A stretch of 64,000 nucleotides of DNA from an uncultured SAR86 cluster bacterium (GCA_963926355.1 CAWUWW010000003.1:41264-105263), one strand, 5' to 3'. Numbered from the stretch's first letter, positions 31,016 to 42,077 are shown. Notes: a model not told the origin generated them from the sequence alone. Numbers and translations are program-made.

Positions 31016-32512
31016 TTGGATTTCCACAGTCAGTTACAAAAACTTAAAGAAGAAAATTTCTTTTCATCGCTAGGCATAGAAAGAGGCATAGAGAAAGAAT
31101 CTTTAAGAGTTACTAAAGATGGCTTTATATCTGAAAAAGCTCATCCTTCTTCCTTAGGGGCGTCTTTTACTAACCCCTCTATTACAACTGACTTTGCTGA
31201 ATCGCTTGTTGAAATGGTTACTCCTGTTTTTACTGATGTAGATGAACTTTATGAGTATTTATTAGGTCTTCATGTTTTTATTGCTAACAGCTTAGAAGAT
31301 GATGAGTTACTCTGGCCATTCTCGATGCCCCCCAAAATTATTGATTCATCCAAAATAAATATAGCAACATACTCAGATACAAACATGGGCAAACTTAAGC
31401 ACATATACAGAAAAGGGCTTGCCCTTAGATATGGAAAAACTATGCAATGTGTTTCTGGAATTCATTATAATTTTTCACTATCGGATAGCTCTCTTTCAAA
31501 AATTGCGAAATCCAATGATCAAGGAGATATTAATAATGCATATCTCGGATTGATAAGAAATTTTAAAAGGCTATTTTGGTTTGTTCTGTCTGAGTTTGGT
31601 CACTCCTCAGTGGTCGATAAATCATTTGTTAGCGGCAGAGATAATGATTTAGATCTTTTAAATAGCTCAGACTTATTTAAAGAAGGTGCCACTTCATTAA
31701 GAATGAGTGATATAGGATATCAAAGCAAAGCTCAGAAGAATTTAGATATAAAATATAATGATTTGGATGAGTTTTTGGAAGAGTTAAGATTAGCCATCTC
31801 TGAGCCATACCCAGAATTTGATGCGATTGGTTTAAAGGATAGTGACGGAAATTTTCAACAAATATCCAATGGCATTCTTCAGATTGAGAATGAGCTTTAT
31901 GACTGCATAAGACCAAAAAGAGCTGGGTTGAGTGGTCAAAGGCCCTATGAATTGTTAAAAAAAGAAGGTATTAAATATGTAGAAATTAGGGGCATTGATT
32001 TGGACCCAGATGATGTAGCAGGCATATCAAAAGATAAAATACTGTTACTTGATTTGATTTTACTATATTGCTTTATTAGGCCGAGTCCTATGATGGATGA
32101 TAAAGAGAAATCTATTATCGAAAATAATGATACTACTACCATCAAATATGGCAGGCTGCTTGAGACAACTATTATCCTCAATAATAAAAAAACCGGAATA
32201 TTTGAAGCACACAGAGATATCGTAAAAGATTTAATGTCCTTAGCTGAAGCCATGGATGATACCAGGTATGTTGATGTTGTTTTAGATATTAAAGATAGGG
32301 TAAATACGTTTAATGCAGATAAGCCATTTCACGACCTAGGATTAGAGAAAGCTCAACAAAACTCTAATATTCTTAGATCTCATAAAAATATAGAGACTAA
32401 GAGCTTTAAAGAAGAGGCTGAGATATCTTTGCTAAAATTTGATAAAATTCAAAAAGAGGCTAGTCTCGATAATATAGATGAATTCATGAATTCATATAAC
32501 TCTCAATTATAG
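31016..32512 (+). CDS. gshA: glutamate-cysteine ligase
   Basis: GIEKESLR, ITTDFAES..E, SGIHYNFS, LQIENELY; TTG start with GGGAG SD. Confidence 0.95.
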   Translation: MDFHSQLQKLKEENFFSSLGIERGIEKESLRVTKDGFISEKAHPSSLGASFTNPSITTDFAESLVEMVTPVFTDVDELYEYLLGLHVFIANSLEDDELLWPFSMPPKIIDSSKINIATYSDTNMGKLKHIYRKGLALRYGKTMQCVSGIHYNFSLSDSSLSKIAKSNDQGDINNAYLGLIRNFKRLFWFVLSEFGHSSVVDKSFVSGRDNDLDLLNSSDLFKEGATSLRMSDIGYQSKAQKNLDIKYNDLDEFLEELRLAISEPYPEFDAIGLKDSDGNFQQISNGILQIENELYDCIRPKRAGLSGQRPYELLKKEGIKYVEIRGIDLDPDDVAGISKDKILLLDLILLYCFIRPSPMMDDKEKSIIENNDTTTIKYGRLLETTIILNNKKTGIFEAHRDIVKDLMSLAEAMDDTRYVDVVLDIKDRVNTFNADKPFHDLGLEKAQQNSNILRSHKNIETKSFKEEAEISLLKFDKIQKEASLDNIDEFMNSYNSQL

Positions 32513-32524
32513 GTAGAATAGATT

Positions 32525-33529
32525 ATGAAAGCTTTACAATGCATAGAATTAGGCGGACCGGAGAAACTCCAAGTTTGTGAGGTAGAAGACCCAATAGTAA
32601 TTCCCGAGCATGTAATTATTGAAGTTAAATCAGCAAGTGTTAATTTTCCAGATGTTTTAATGATACAAGGCTTATATCAGTTTCAGCCTCCTATGCCATT
32701 TACTCCTGGTGGAGAGTCAGCGGGTATTATTATTGAAGTTGGTGAAGGCGTTACTGACTATAAGGTTGGTGACAAGGTATTCGCTGCAACCATGGTTGGA
32801 GCGATCGCTGAAAAAGTATTAACACATGTTTCAACTCTTAGGCCTATACCTGACGACATGGATTATGAAATAGCAGCTGCCTTATCAGTTACATACGGAA
32901 CTTCTCTTCATGCATTAAAGCAAAGAGGTAACATACAGCCAGGCGAAACATTGCTTGTTCTTGGAGCATCTGGTGGAGTTGGTCTTGCAACTATTCAACT
33001 TGGCAAGGCGATGGGCGCAAAAGTTATTGCCGCTGCATCAACCCAAGAAAAAATAGATATATGCCTAGCAAATGGAGCAGATGAAGGCTTTGTATACCCT
33101 TCGGGTAACCTAGATAGAGATCAGCAAAAAGCACTTTCTACTAAAATTAAAGAGCTTACTGGTGGCCTAGGTCCAAATGTAATCTATGATCCAGTAGGAG
33201 GAAGCTATGCCGAACCTTGCCTTAGATCTATTGCGTGGGAAGGAAGATATCTAGTTATTGGCTTTGCTGCTGGCGCTGACCAGATTCCAAAAATGCCTCT
33301 AAATTTAACGTTGTTAAAAGGATGCCAAATTGTAGGAGTTTTCTGGGGAGCCTGGGCAGCCATGTTTGCTGATGAAAATAAAAATAATTTTGATGAGCTG
33401 TTTAGTTTGTATTCTCAGGGAAAGATTAATCCCAAGGCAACTGATAAATTTTCTTTAGATAACTCTGCAGATGCTATTGCTCATCTTGCAAATAGAAAAG
33501 CTAAAGGCAAAGTTATAATTAATATCTAG
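32525..33529 (+). CDS. NADPH:quinone oxidoreductase family protein (MDR superfamily)
   Basis: VNFPD..G.YQ..P, GASGGVG, GKVII. Confidence 0.9.
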   Translation: MKALQCIELGGPEKLQVCEVEDPIVIPEHVIIEVKSASVNFPDVLMIQGLYQFQPPMPFTPGGESAGIIIEVGEGVTDYKVGDKVFAATMVGAIAEKVLTHVSTLRPIPDDMDYEIAAALSVTYGTSLHALKQRGNIQPGETLLVLGASGGVGLATIQLGKAMGAKVIAAASTQEKIDICLANGADEGFVYPSGNLDRDQQKALSTKIKELTGGLGPNVIYDPVGGSYAEPCLRSIAWEGRYLVIGFAAGADQIPKMPLNLTLLKGCQIVGVFWGAWAAMFADENKNNFDELFSLYSQGKINPKATDKFSLDNSADAIAHLANRKAKGKVIINI

Positions 33530-34167
33530 TCCTGGGTAATAGATTGGTAGGTTAGGGAAAGTCTTGAGATGTCGAATGGCGGTCTAAAGATCCCTGCAAA
33601 ATCTCCATCTGGATTCAGTAAAATAATGTTATTAGCATGACTATCTAAATGTTTATGCTCCATGCCATGGCTATTGCTAGGCATAACATTATTTACAGAT
33701 AATTGAGTTGCCAAGCTCAACAACATAGGCCTTGTATTAGAAACTCCCATAAAATCCTCATCGAAACCTTTGGCGTAGGTATCTATAATCTCAGGGCTAT
33801 CTCTTTCTGGGTCTATGGAAACAAGAACCCACTGCTTATTGTCTAATTGGTAGTTCTTTTCTTTTAATACCTTAATTAACTTTGATAGTTGATACATTGT
33901 TGTAGGGCATTCATCTGGGCATCTGCTAAACCCAAAATACATTAACGTCCATTTTCCAATTAAGTTAGATTTTGTAAAAGAAGAATTATTAGAAGAAAAG
34001 AATTCAAAATCAGATATCTGCTTAGGCTTCTCAAATAAAAATAGTCCGTTTACCAAAAGCTCATTGTTATTTAGTACTCTTGGAGTGGTGAGTTTGCTTA
34101 TAAATAAGCTCATTACAATAATAATAAATAGAGCGATTAAAATAAGATTTCTATTTATAGCGTTCAT
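33526..34167 (-). CDS. SCO1/SenC copper chaperone
   Basis: FGFSRCPDECP, SIDPERD, conserved His. Confidence 0.93.
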   Translation of the reverse strand: MNAINRNLILIALFIIIVMSLFISKLTTPRVLNNNELLVNGLFLFEKPKQISDFEFFSSNNSSFTKSNLIGKWTLMYFGFSRCPDECPTTMYQLSKLIKVLKEKNYQLDNKQWVLVSIDPERDSPEIIDTYAKGFDEDFMGVSNTRPMLLSLATQLSVNNVMPSNSHGMEHKHLDSHANNIILLNPDGDFAGIFRPPFDISRLSLTYQSITQD

Positions 34168-35036
34168 TGAATGAGATAGTGATCACATAGCAGAGCTACG
34201 AATATTAAGAATATATAATATATTGAGAAGTTAAATGTCCTCATTGCATAGGAATCATCATCGCTTAAATAAAGCCTTATTGAGTAATACATAAATATTG
34301 AACTCAGGATGACTGCCGATATCAAATATATAGCTCCTGACATTAAAACAATATAAGGAAGTATGCTTACTATAAATAGAATGATTGTATAAAGAACTAT
34401 CTGCAATTTTGTGAAGGCAACTCCATGTGTGACCGGAAGCATTGGAATTGATTCCTTTGCGTATTCATCCCTTCTATATATTGCTAAGGCCCAAAAATGA
34501 GGCGGTGTCCATACAAAAATTATTAAGACCAAGAGAAGAGCGAAAGGGTCAATAGTGTTGCTAATCGCTGCCCACCCTAAAAGAGGGGGCGCGGCACCAG
34601 CAAGCCCGCCTATAACAATATTCTGAGGAGTGGCTCTTTTTAGATAGATCGTATAAATAAAAGCGTAACCGATTAGGGATGCTAGTGTAAGCAGCATTGT
34701 TAAAGTGTTAACAAATAGATATAAAATAAGCGCTCCCACCAGGCCAATAACAAAAGAAAAACATGATGCATGAAATGGGCTTAACTCCCCTTGAGGAAGA
34801 GGTCTTTGGTCGGTTCTGGTCATTGATGCATCTGACTTCCTGTCAACAACTTGATTTATAGCTGCAGCAGATCCTGAGCACAATGCTATGCCCAGTAAAG
34901 AGATAATTATGTTACTTATCGAGCTAACTGAGTCCTCTGCTAGAAGCATACCAACTAAGGCACATATCAGCATCATATAGACAACATTAGGCTTACATAG
35001 GATGTAATAACTTTTTAAAAGTTTCACTTTTTCCAT
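34164..35036 (-). CDS. cyoE: protoheme IX farnesyltransferase (heme O synthase)
   Basis: D..M.RT..RPLP.G, YT..LKR.TPQNIVIGG, WTPPHFWAL. Confidence 0.96.
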   Translation of the reverse strand: MEKVKLLKSYYILCKPNVVYMMLICALVGMLLAEDSVSSISNIIISLLGIALCSGSAAAINQVVDRKSDASMTRTDQRPLPQGELSPFHASCFSFVIGLVGALILYLFVNTLTMLLTLASLIGYAFIYTIYLKRATPQNIVIGGLAGAAPPLLGWAAISNTIDPFALLLVLIIFVWTPPHFWALAIYRRDEYAKESIPMLPVTHGVAFTKLQIVLYTIILFIVSILPYIVLMSGAIYLISAVILSSIFMYYSIRLYLSDDDSYAMRTFNFSIYYIFLIFVALLCDHYLIQ

Positions 35037-35998
35037 GCCAAATAATTAACCATAAACATGGTTGCTAAAAGTGTTGCCGCAATTAAATTATGGGCAATAG
35101 CAATGTACAAAGGAAGTACATATACGACGTTTATAATGCCTAAGGTGATTTGAGTTAAAAGAAGAATTCCAAGAGTAGATGCTAAAGGTGCCGCGGCTGA
35201 AAACCAAAGTTTAGACATTAAAATTATAAAAACTATTGTTACCAATATTGCAGTAACTCTATGCGAGTAATGAATTGCAACTCTTGCTGGATTATCCAAT
35301 AAGCCATATAAATAATTTGGCCCCACTTCTTGAGCCATATTAAAGCCATTTTTAAAATCCATTTCAGGAAAATATGTACCCTGACATGTGGGGAAGTCTG
35401 CACAAGCCAAAGACGCATAATTTGTACTTGTCCAAACCCCAAGAAATATTTGAATCACTAAAATTATAAATGCGAGTGTGGCAATGCCTTTTAAATTAGG
35501 TATTCGCATAACCTCTAAGCTTTTAAAATTACCGGACATTAAGAATATATATAAGAATAATATTAATGTTGTGAAGCCACCAAAGAGATGGCCTGTAACT
35601 ATTATTGGTAAGAGTTTTAGACTAACAGTTAAATAGCCAAACAGTCCCTGGCAGCAAATAAATGCTAACAGACCAATAGACCATCTTCTTATAGATTTAT
35701 TTTCGTTTTGCTTAAAAGATAGATAAACCATGATGATTGCTACGAATCCAAGCGTTGCTGCAAAGTACCTGTGAACAACTTCTGGAATAGCCTTATTAAT
35801 GTCATATGGGAAGGTAGGAAATCTACTTTCAGCTACGACTATGTCCATTTCACTTGTAGGAAAAACGATGAAGCCATAACATCCAGGCCAATCAGGGCAC
35901 CCCAAGCCGGCATCTACAAGCCTAGTCCAAGCACCAAGTGCAATAACAACAAAAGCGAGACATATTGCAAAGAATGATAAATTCCTAATATTAATCAT
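35024..35998 (-). CDS. ctaA: heme A synthase (COX15/CtaA)
   Basis: AGLGCPDWPGCYG, EVVHR, second CADFPTC, HR. Confidence 0.94.
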   Translation of the reverse strand: MINIRNLSFFAICLAFVVIALGAWTRLVDAGLGCPDWPGCYGFIVFPTSEMDIVVAESRFPTFPYDINKAIPEVVHRYFAATLGFVAIIMVYLSFKQNENKSIRRWSIGLLAFICCQGLFGYLTVSLKLLPIIVTGHLFGGFTTLILFLYIFLMSGNFKSLEVMRIPNLKGIATLAFIILVIQIFLGVWTSTNYASLACADFPTCQGTYFPEMDFKNGFNMAQEVGPNYLYGLLDNPARVAIHYSHRVTAILVTIVFIILMSKLWFSAAAPLASTLGILLLTQITLGIINVVYVLPLYIAIAHNLIAATLLATMFMVNYLAWKK

Positions 35999-36546
35999 TA
36001 AATTAATACCTTAAGGTCTTTTAATATCTTTTTAGGGTCTATGTTGGGCTCAAAGTACATAACAGCTCTTCCATATGGATCAATAATAAAAATTGGATTT
36101 TCATTATTCATATCAATTTTAGAATTTTTTTGAAGTACATTAAGCAGAACGCTATTGCTGTCCTTGATTAATTCTGTTCTTTCGTACTCAGCTATAAGAT
36201 TTTGAACATCATCCTTAATTAGCTCATTTGAATAAAATGCGACTCTTTTAACTCTGTATATATCCCTATTTAGGGCAACATTTAACTGCCTCATAAGATA
36301 TAAGGATTCTGACGACTTATCGGGATTCGTTATATAGACTCCCATAACCCATTTCCCATCTTCAAACTCAAGTAAGGCTTTTTTTTCATTGCCCTTAAAC
36401 TGATCAAAATTAAAATAGCTCTTAAAAAAGACCCCGTTATTCTTAGTGCCCTCTGGCGACATCCCAGAGGTAAAGTACAAGGAAGAGAAAGTAACTACTA
36501 AAATAGGAGTTAATAATATTATTGCAAGAAAAATTTTATTCTTCAT
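35998..36546 (-). CDS. membrane-anchored cytochrome oxidase cluster protein
   Basis: N-terminal TM, TKNNG, IIDPYG....F...KDLK tail; sits between SURF1 and ctaA. Confidence 0.7.
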   Translation of the reverse strand: MKNKIFLAIILLTPILVVTFSSLYFTSGMSPEGTKNNGVFFKSYFNFDQFKGNEKKALLEFEDGKWVMGVYITNPDKSSESLYLMRQLNVALNRDIYRVKRVAFYSNELIKDDVQNLIAEYERTELIKDSNSVLLNVLQKNSKIDMNNENPIFIIDPYGRAVMYFEPNIDPKKILKDLKVLI

Positions 36547-37237
36547 TTTTTTTGAATCCTAACCAGATATACATTAAACATAAAACCAAAAACATCGTGA
36601 ACCATTGGGCTGAATAACCATAATGTTTTGAAGGCAGCATATTAGTAGGAATAATTTTTATGTATTCCAGGCTATCTTTTAGAACTGGGTCAGCAACTAA
36701 AATAAAAGGCTCTAGGTCCATATTATATTCTTTACTAACTACATTTAGGTGTTTTGTTTGCGAGATTTTTGGCCAGGTTGACGTAACTAAGTTATCAGAC
36801 AGGACGAACCCAAGCTCTGGATTTTCAAGGATGCCGCTAACTGAAAGTTCATTTTTTTGAACGTCAATATCTGGTAATTCATTTCTAAAAATATTTTGAG
36901 CAACCCATCCTCTATCTACTAATATTGCCCTATCTTCATTTTTAATTTTAAGAGGAGTCAAGACCTTGAAACCAGCAACCCCTCTATTAATACTGTTGTC
37001 TACTAATATCTGCTTTGATTCATCCCAGATTCCATCCACAAATACTCTGTCCCACTTTTTAGAGGTGCCTGAAAGATATGAAGGATCTTGATTTAGATTG
37101 CTATTAAAATCTGCAATTAACCTCGCTTTAGCTTGGCCTCTTTCTATTTGCCAAAGGCCTAAAAGAAAAAAAAGGGTGGCAAAAAATATAAAAAATATAC
37201 TAATTTGCTTTCCTGGTCTAAATTTACTTATTTTCAT
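36536..37237 (-). CDS. SURF1-family cytochrome oxidase biogenesis protein
   Basis: LGLWQIER, LVDRGWV, HYGYSAQWF. Confidence 0.93.
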   Translation of the reverse strand: MKISKFRPGKQISIFFIFFATLFFLLGLWQIERGQAKARLIADFNSNLNQDPSYLSGTSKKWDRVFVDGIWDESKQILVDNSINRGVAGFKVLTPLKIKNEDRAILVDRGWVAQNIFRNELPDIDVQKNELSVSGILENPELGFVLSDNLVTSTWPKISQTKHLNVVSKEYNMDLEPFILVADPVLKDSLEYIKIIPTNMLPSKHYGYSAQWFTMFLVLCLMYIWLGFKKNEE

Positions 37238-37271
37238 ATCTATAAATCCATGCATACCCTAAAATTGTTCA

Positions 37272-37490
37272 ATGATAAAAACTCTTATATACATTGATGT
37301 ATTTCTAATAATAATATCACTTGCTAGCGGTCTTGTTTTTCTGCTTATTGATCAAGGGAAGAAAGATAGCAAAAGAACAACTTATAGCCTCGGTATTAGG
37401 GTTGCATTAGCTGTAATACTAATTATCTTAATTGTGATCGGCCTTATGACCGGTGAACTTGGTAATAGCGTCCCTTGGGACGGTTCTTAA
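37272..37490 (+). CDS. twin-transmembrane small protein (DUF2909-like)
   Basis: SL.SGL.FL..D......SL..RV.L; opposite strand between SURF1 and cox subunit III as in other proteobacteria. Confidence 0.82.
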   Translation: MIKTLIYIDVFLIIISLASGLVFLLIDQGKKDSKRTTYSLGIRVALAVILIILIVIGLMTGELGNSVPWDGS

Positions 37491-38405
37491 CTAAAGTATA
37501 TAAACAAATAAGAAAAGCATTACCCAAACAACATCAACAAAATGCCAGTACCATGATGCTGCTTCAAATCCAAAATGATCATGGTCCTCAAAATGCCCTG
37601 CAAAAAGCGATCTAGCTAACATTATCGCGAGCATAATACCGCCCATCATCACATGGAATCCATGGAAGCCAGTCAGCATAAAGAAAGTAGATCCGTAAAT
37701 ACCAGAATTTAGCGTCAAGCCATAATGAGCATAAGCTTCGTAATATTCGGCTGCTTGAAGCCCTACAAATATAAGTGCTAATGAAACAGTAATTCCTAAG
37801 AATAAATTGAATTTCTTTCTATTTCCATTTTTTAAGCCTAGATGGGCAAAATGCACTGTGACACTAGAGCTTAAGAGAACAATGGTGTTCCACATTGGAA
37901 GCCATTCTAATGCATGGCCCCAACCAGGCCAGGCCATACTTTTGTCTGCTAATTCATAAGATACGCCTTGATCTGGGGTAGAGATAACAGGCCATGTTGA
38001 TTCAAAGCCCTTCCATAGCTCTATAGCCGCGACTCCAACACCTTTTTCACCTTCACCGGCCAGCCATGGCACAGCAAAAGTTCTTACGTAAAACAGAGCT
38101 CCAAAGAAAGCAGCAAAAAACATAACTTCTGAAAAAATAAACCATGCCATGCCATAAACATAAGATGTTTTTAACTGATTGCTGTCCAGTCCTTCCAGAT
38201 GTTCTTTTATAACCTGTCTGAACCAGAAAAATAAAGTTGTGAATAAGCAAGCAAAGCCTATGTAGAGGATATAAACAGAGTTACTTTCAGCATTTCCTAA
38301 GTTATTAATAGTGCTTGAAGCACCCATAACCAATAGAAAAAGTGAGAAAGCAATAAAAATAGGAAACCTACTTTGATCAGGTACGTAATAGTTTTGTGTG
38401 CTCAT
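37491..38405 (-). CDS. coxC: cytochrome c oxidase subunit III
   Basis: FIFSEVMFF, TGFHGFHV, WYWHFVDVVW. Confidence 0.97.
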   Translation of the reverse strand: MSTQNYYVPDQSRFPIFIAFSLFLLVMGASSTINNLGNAESNSVYILYIGFACLFTTLFFWFRQVIKEHLEGLDSNQLKTSYVYGMAWFIFSEVMFFAAFFGALFYVRTFAVPWLAGEGEKGVGVAAIELWKGFESTWPVISTPDQGVSYELADKSMAWPGWGHALEWLPMWNTIVLLSSSVTVHFAHLGLKNGNRKKFNLFLGITVSLALIFVGLQAAEYYEAYAHYGLTLNSGIYGSTFFMLTGFHGFHVMMGGIMLAIMLARSLFAGHFEDHDHFGFEAASWYWHFVDVVWVMLFLFVYIL

Positions 38406-38411
38406 AATATT

Positions 38412-38996
38412 TTAGTATTGTCCGCCGTGATTATCCATGTTTTCGTGATTCATTTCGTTATTCGCCATTGAAGCATCTTCGTATTCTGTAATATCAAAAA
38501 TTGTGTATGACAAAGTTATATTTTTTATATTCTTAGGTAGGTCGTTAGAGACAAGTAATTTAACTGGGAGAAGCGCCTCTTCTCCTGGCATTAATACTTG
38601 CTGCTCAAAACAGAAACATTCTAATTTTTTAAGATGAGCTGCAGCGTTTGAAGGTGCGACACTAGGAACTGCTTGTGCAGTCATTTTTTTATTCGTTGTA
38701 TTTTTTACATAAAATGTAGCTGTATAGTATTTTCCAGTAGAAATTGTCATAACTTCTTCAGAGGGCTTAAACACCCAAGGCATATTTTCATTGTTAGTTG
38801 AGATGAATTGCAGTCCTATTGGCCTGCCGTCTTCTATAACTAATTTGTCAACATTTTTAGATTGAAAAACCTTTCCATTTATCCCAGTAACTTCACAAAA
38901 AACATCATATAGAGGCACAAGAGCAAACCCAAATGCAAACATTAAAGGGACTGCAATAAGCAGTCTTTTTAGGGTTTTTTTAGCTCCTTCGTTCAT
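38412..38996 (-). CDS. ctaG: cytochrome c oxidase assembly protein Cox11/CtaG
   Basis: FALVPLYDVFC, KLECFCF; true start ATG 38996 overlapping the coxA stop. Confidence 0.95.
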   Translation of the reverse strand: MNEGAKKTLKRLLIAVPLMFAFGFALVPLYDVFCEVTGINGKVFQSKNVDKLVIEDGRPIGLQFISTNNENMPWVFKPSEEVMTISTGKYYTATFYVKNTTNKKMTAQAVPSVAPSNAAAHLKKLECFCFEQQVLMPGEEALLPVKLLVSNDLPKNIKNITLSYTIFDITEYEDASMANNEMNHENMDNHGGQY

Positions 38997-40579
38997 TAAT
39001 CTATTTTTGGAGGAGTCGTAAATGTGTGATACGGAGCAGGTGATGCAACAGTCCATTCTAGACCTCTTGCTCCTTCCCAAACCTGAGCAGTAGCTTTTTT
39101 GCCACCCATTACTGTTTTTATGACAATAAACAAAAAGAATACTTGAGATAGCCCAAATAGGAAAGCTCCTACGCTTGATACCATATTCCAATCTGCAAAT
39201 TGAAGAGCGTAATCAGGAACCCTTCTAGGCATCCCAGCTAATCCAATAAAATGCTGTGGGAAGAAAGTAACGTTTACCCCAATGAAAGAAAGCCAGAAGT
39301 GAAGCTTCCCAAGTCTTTCGTCGTACATATTTCCAGTCCATTTAGGTATCCAATAATATACTGCAGCCATAATTGAGAAAATGGCTCCAGGGACAAGAAC
39401 ATAGTGAAAATGAGCAACTACAAAATATGTATCATGATATTGAAAGTCTGCAGGTGTTATTGCTAACATTAGTCCTGAAAAACCACCCATAGTAAATAAA
39501 ACTACAAAGGCGATAGCAAACAACATTGGTGTTTCAAATGTTATTGAGCCTCTAAACATAGTTGCTATCCAATTAAATACCTTAACTCCAGTTGGAACAG
39601 CGATTAACATTGTTGCCCACATAAAGAATAATTCTGCTGCAAGGGGAAGCCCTACTGTAAACATATGATGCGCCCAGACAACAAAGGAAAGGATTGCAAT
39701 TGAAAGCATGGCCCAGACCATTGAAGCATAGCCAAAGAGCTGCTTTCTAGAAAATGTTTCTATAATATGAGAAACAATTCCAAATGCTGGAAGAATCATA
39801 ATGTAGACCTCTGGATGACCAAAGAACCAAAAAATATGTTGAAAAAGAACTGGGTCGCCGCCGCCAGCTGCATTAAAGAAACTTGTGCCAAAATGTATGT
39901 CCATTAACATCATTGTTACAGCTCCAGCTAAAACAGGCATAACCGCAATAAGCAGATATGCAGTTATTAACCAAGACCAAACAAATAAAGGCATTTTCAT
40001 AAGACCAACGCCTGGCGCTCTCATGTTCATGATAGTTACAACAATATTAATAGCTCCCATAATAGACGAGGCTCCCATAATATGAACTGAGAAAATAAAA
40101 AAGGTAACACTTGGAGGTGCATAAGTAGTTGAAAGTGGCGCGTAAAATGTCCATCCAAAATTTGGTGCTCCGCCTTCCATAAATAATGAAGAAAGGAGTA
40201 TAAAAAATGCAAAGGGTAGTATCCAGAAACTTAGATTATTCATCCTTGGAAGTGCCATATCTGGGGCGCCTATCATCATCGGAACTAACCAGTTTGCAAG
40301 ACCTACAAAGGCTGGCATAACCCCACCAAAAATCATTATCAACCCATGAAGAGTGATCATCTGATTATAGAATTCTGGTTCTATTATTTGCATGCCTGGC
40401 TGAAATAACTCAGCCCTAATAACCATTGCCATAGCTCCGCCGATTAGGAACATTGCAAAACTAAACCATAAATATAAAGTACCTATGTCTTTATGGTTTG
40501 TTGTATATAACCATCTTGTTAGTCCCTTTGCTGGGCCATGATGGTGATCTTCGTGGTGATTTTCTACTGCTGAGCTCAT
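38996..40579 (-). CDS. coxA: cytochrome c oxidase subunit I (A1 type)
   Basis: HKDIG, WFFGHPEVY, WAHHM, HFHYV. Confidence 0.98.
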   Translation of the reverse strand: MSSAVENHHEDHHHGPAKGLTRWLYTTNHKDIGTLYLWFSFAMFLIGGAMAMVIRAELFQPGMQIIEPEFYNQMITLHGLIMIFGGVMPAFVGLANWLVPMMIGAPDMALPRMNNLSFWILPFAFFILLSSLFMEGGAPNFGWTFYAPLSTTYAPPSVTFFIFSVHIMGASSIMGAINIVVTIMNMRAPGVGLMKMPLFVWSWLITAYLLIAVMPVLAGAVTMMLMDIHFGTSFFNAAGGGDPVLFQHIFWFFGHPEVYIMILPAFGIVSHIIETFSRKQLFGYASMVWAMLSIAILSFVVWAHHMFTVGLPLAAELFFMWATMLIAVPTGVKVFNWIATMFRGSITFETPMLFAIAFVVLFTMGGFSGLMLAITPADFQYHDTYFVVAHFHYVLVPGAIFSIMAAVYYWIPKWTGNMYDERLGKLHFWLSFIGVNVTFFPQHFIGLAGMPRRVPDYALQFADWNMVSSVGAFLFGLSQVFFLFIVIKTVMGGKKATAQVWEGARGLEWTVASPAPYHTFTTPPKID

Positions 40580-40600
40580 AATTGTCTTTCCTTTCTGCTA

Positions 40601-41746
40601 TTAAATCTTTGGTTCTTTATAATCTACGATATCTTTAGGTATTACTATTTCACCGTCTCCGCTTTTAGCATTTCCCCAGGCCTGTCTTGTGTAAGTAATT
40701 ACAGCTGCAAGCTCAACCTCTGAAAGGTAATCAAATGAGTTCATGGCCGCTCCTTGAACTCCTTCCATTAATATTTCGATATGTCTTGCTTTGTTATTTA
40801 GAGCAATGTCACTTCCGGCAAGTGCCGGGAAGATTCCCGGTATTCCTTGCCCTGCAGTTTGATGACAGGCAACACAATTAAGTGCATAAACATCTTCACC
40901 TCTAGCAACTAACTCTTCGACACTCCAGTCTTTAGTTGTTAATTCTGCCATTTTAAAAGCTGCTTCTTTTTTTTCTCCAACCCATTCATCGTACTCGGCC
41001 TGCTCTACAACCTTGACCACTATGGGCATAAATCCATGATTCTTTCCACAAAGCTCTGTACATTTACCACGGTAAATACCTGGCTTGTCTACTATCGTCC
41101 ATGCTGTATTTACAAACCCTGGAATTGCGTCTTGCTTAATTGCAAATGCAGGCATCCACCATGAATGTATAACGTCATTAGCAGTAATTAGAAATCTTAT
41201 TTTTTTGCCTACAGGAATTAAAACCATCTCATCAACTTCTTGCAGATAATTTTCGCCCTTAGGAACTAAATTGTAAATCTCATCTAAATCAGTAGCTGGA
41301 TTTGCAAAAAAACTAATGTCATCTTCTAGGTATCTATACTGCCATTTCCACTGGTATCCTGTAACTTGTATATTAATATCTCCGGCCTCATCATCGTAAA
41401 TGTTTACCAATGTTTTTGATGCTGGGATAGCCATGGCTATTAAGATAAGAAAAGGAATAATTGTCCAAGCAATCTCTACCTTTGTATTCTCATGAAAAGT
41501 GGCAGCTACTGGATTTTTCTTTTTAGTATGTGCATACATTGAATAGAACATTACTGAAAAGACGACTACTCCGATGGCAACACAAATCCAAAATATAAGC
41601 ATATGCAATTCAAACACTTCATTACTTATATCAGTAACACCTCTTGTCATATTTAAGGCAAACCAGTCAGCTTGGACTGAATTTGTAAAAAGAATAAATA
41701 TAAAAATTAGTTTATTTGGAAAATTCTTTAAAGATTTTAGTGACAT
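40601..41746 (-). CDS. coxB: cytochrome c oxidase subunit II with fused cytochrome c
   Basis: DVIHSW, CTELCGKNHGFM CuA site, C-terminal CVACH. Confidence 0.97.
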   Translation of the reverse strand: MSLKSLKNFPNKLIFIFILFTNSVQADWFALNMTRGVTDISNEVFELHMLIFWICVAIGVVVFSVMFYSMYAHTKKKNPVAATFHENTKVEIAWTIIPFLILIAMAIPASKTLVNIYDDEAGDINIQVTGYQWKWQYRYLEDDISFFANPATDLDEIYNLVPKGENYLQEVDEMVLIPVGKKIRFLITANDVIHSWWMPAFAIKQDAIPGFVNTAWTIVDKPGIYRGKCTELCGKNHGFMPIVVKVVEQAEYDEWVGEKKEAAFKMAELTTKDWSVEELVARGEDVYALNCVACHQTAGQGIPGIFPALAGSDIALNNKARHIEILMEGVQGAAMNSFDYLSEVELAAVITYTRQAWGNAKSGDGEIVIPKDIVDYKEPKI

Positions 41747-41870
41747 ATTTTTACCCTATGGAAGTGCTGAATAAAATAAATTTAGCATATAAACTATTAT
41801 AAGCTATTTATATAGTACAAACAAAAAAATTTAGTAATTAATTTGCTGCGTATGATATCTTTTTGTTGCG

Positions 41871-42077
41871 TTATTTACTAGTTTTTGGACTTGAAAAATC
41901 TTGTATATTTAAAGCCTTAATTGCATTGTTTTTTTGGCTAACTGCCTTAGGTCTTTTTTCAAAAAAATTACACTTCGCACAATATATTTCATCGTCATCT
42001 GAGTTAATTGCAATGGTGTCTTGAGCTTTGCAAGAGGGGCATACAGCGCCTGCAATAAACTGAACTAGCTTTTTCAT
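41871..42077 (-). CDS. YheV-family zinc-ribbon protein
   Basis: FIAGAVCPSC...D...CAKC. Confidence 0.82.
   Translation of the reverse strand: MKKLVQFIAGAVCPSCKAQDTIAINSDDDEIYCAKCNFFEKRPKAVSQKNNAIKALNIQDFSSPKTSK

Noticed and set aside
38997-39191. Long N-terminal extension of CtaG overlapping coxA
   Set aside because: ORF-caller artefact; ATG 38996 overlaps the coxA stop and gives a normal-length CtaG. Same reasoning applies to the extensions of ubiJ, rpmH and the HAD gene.
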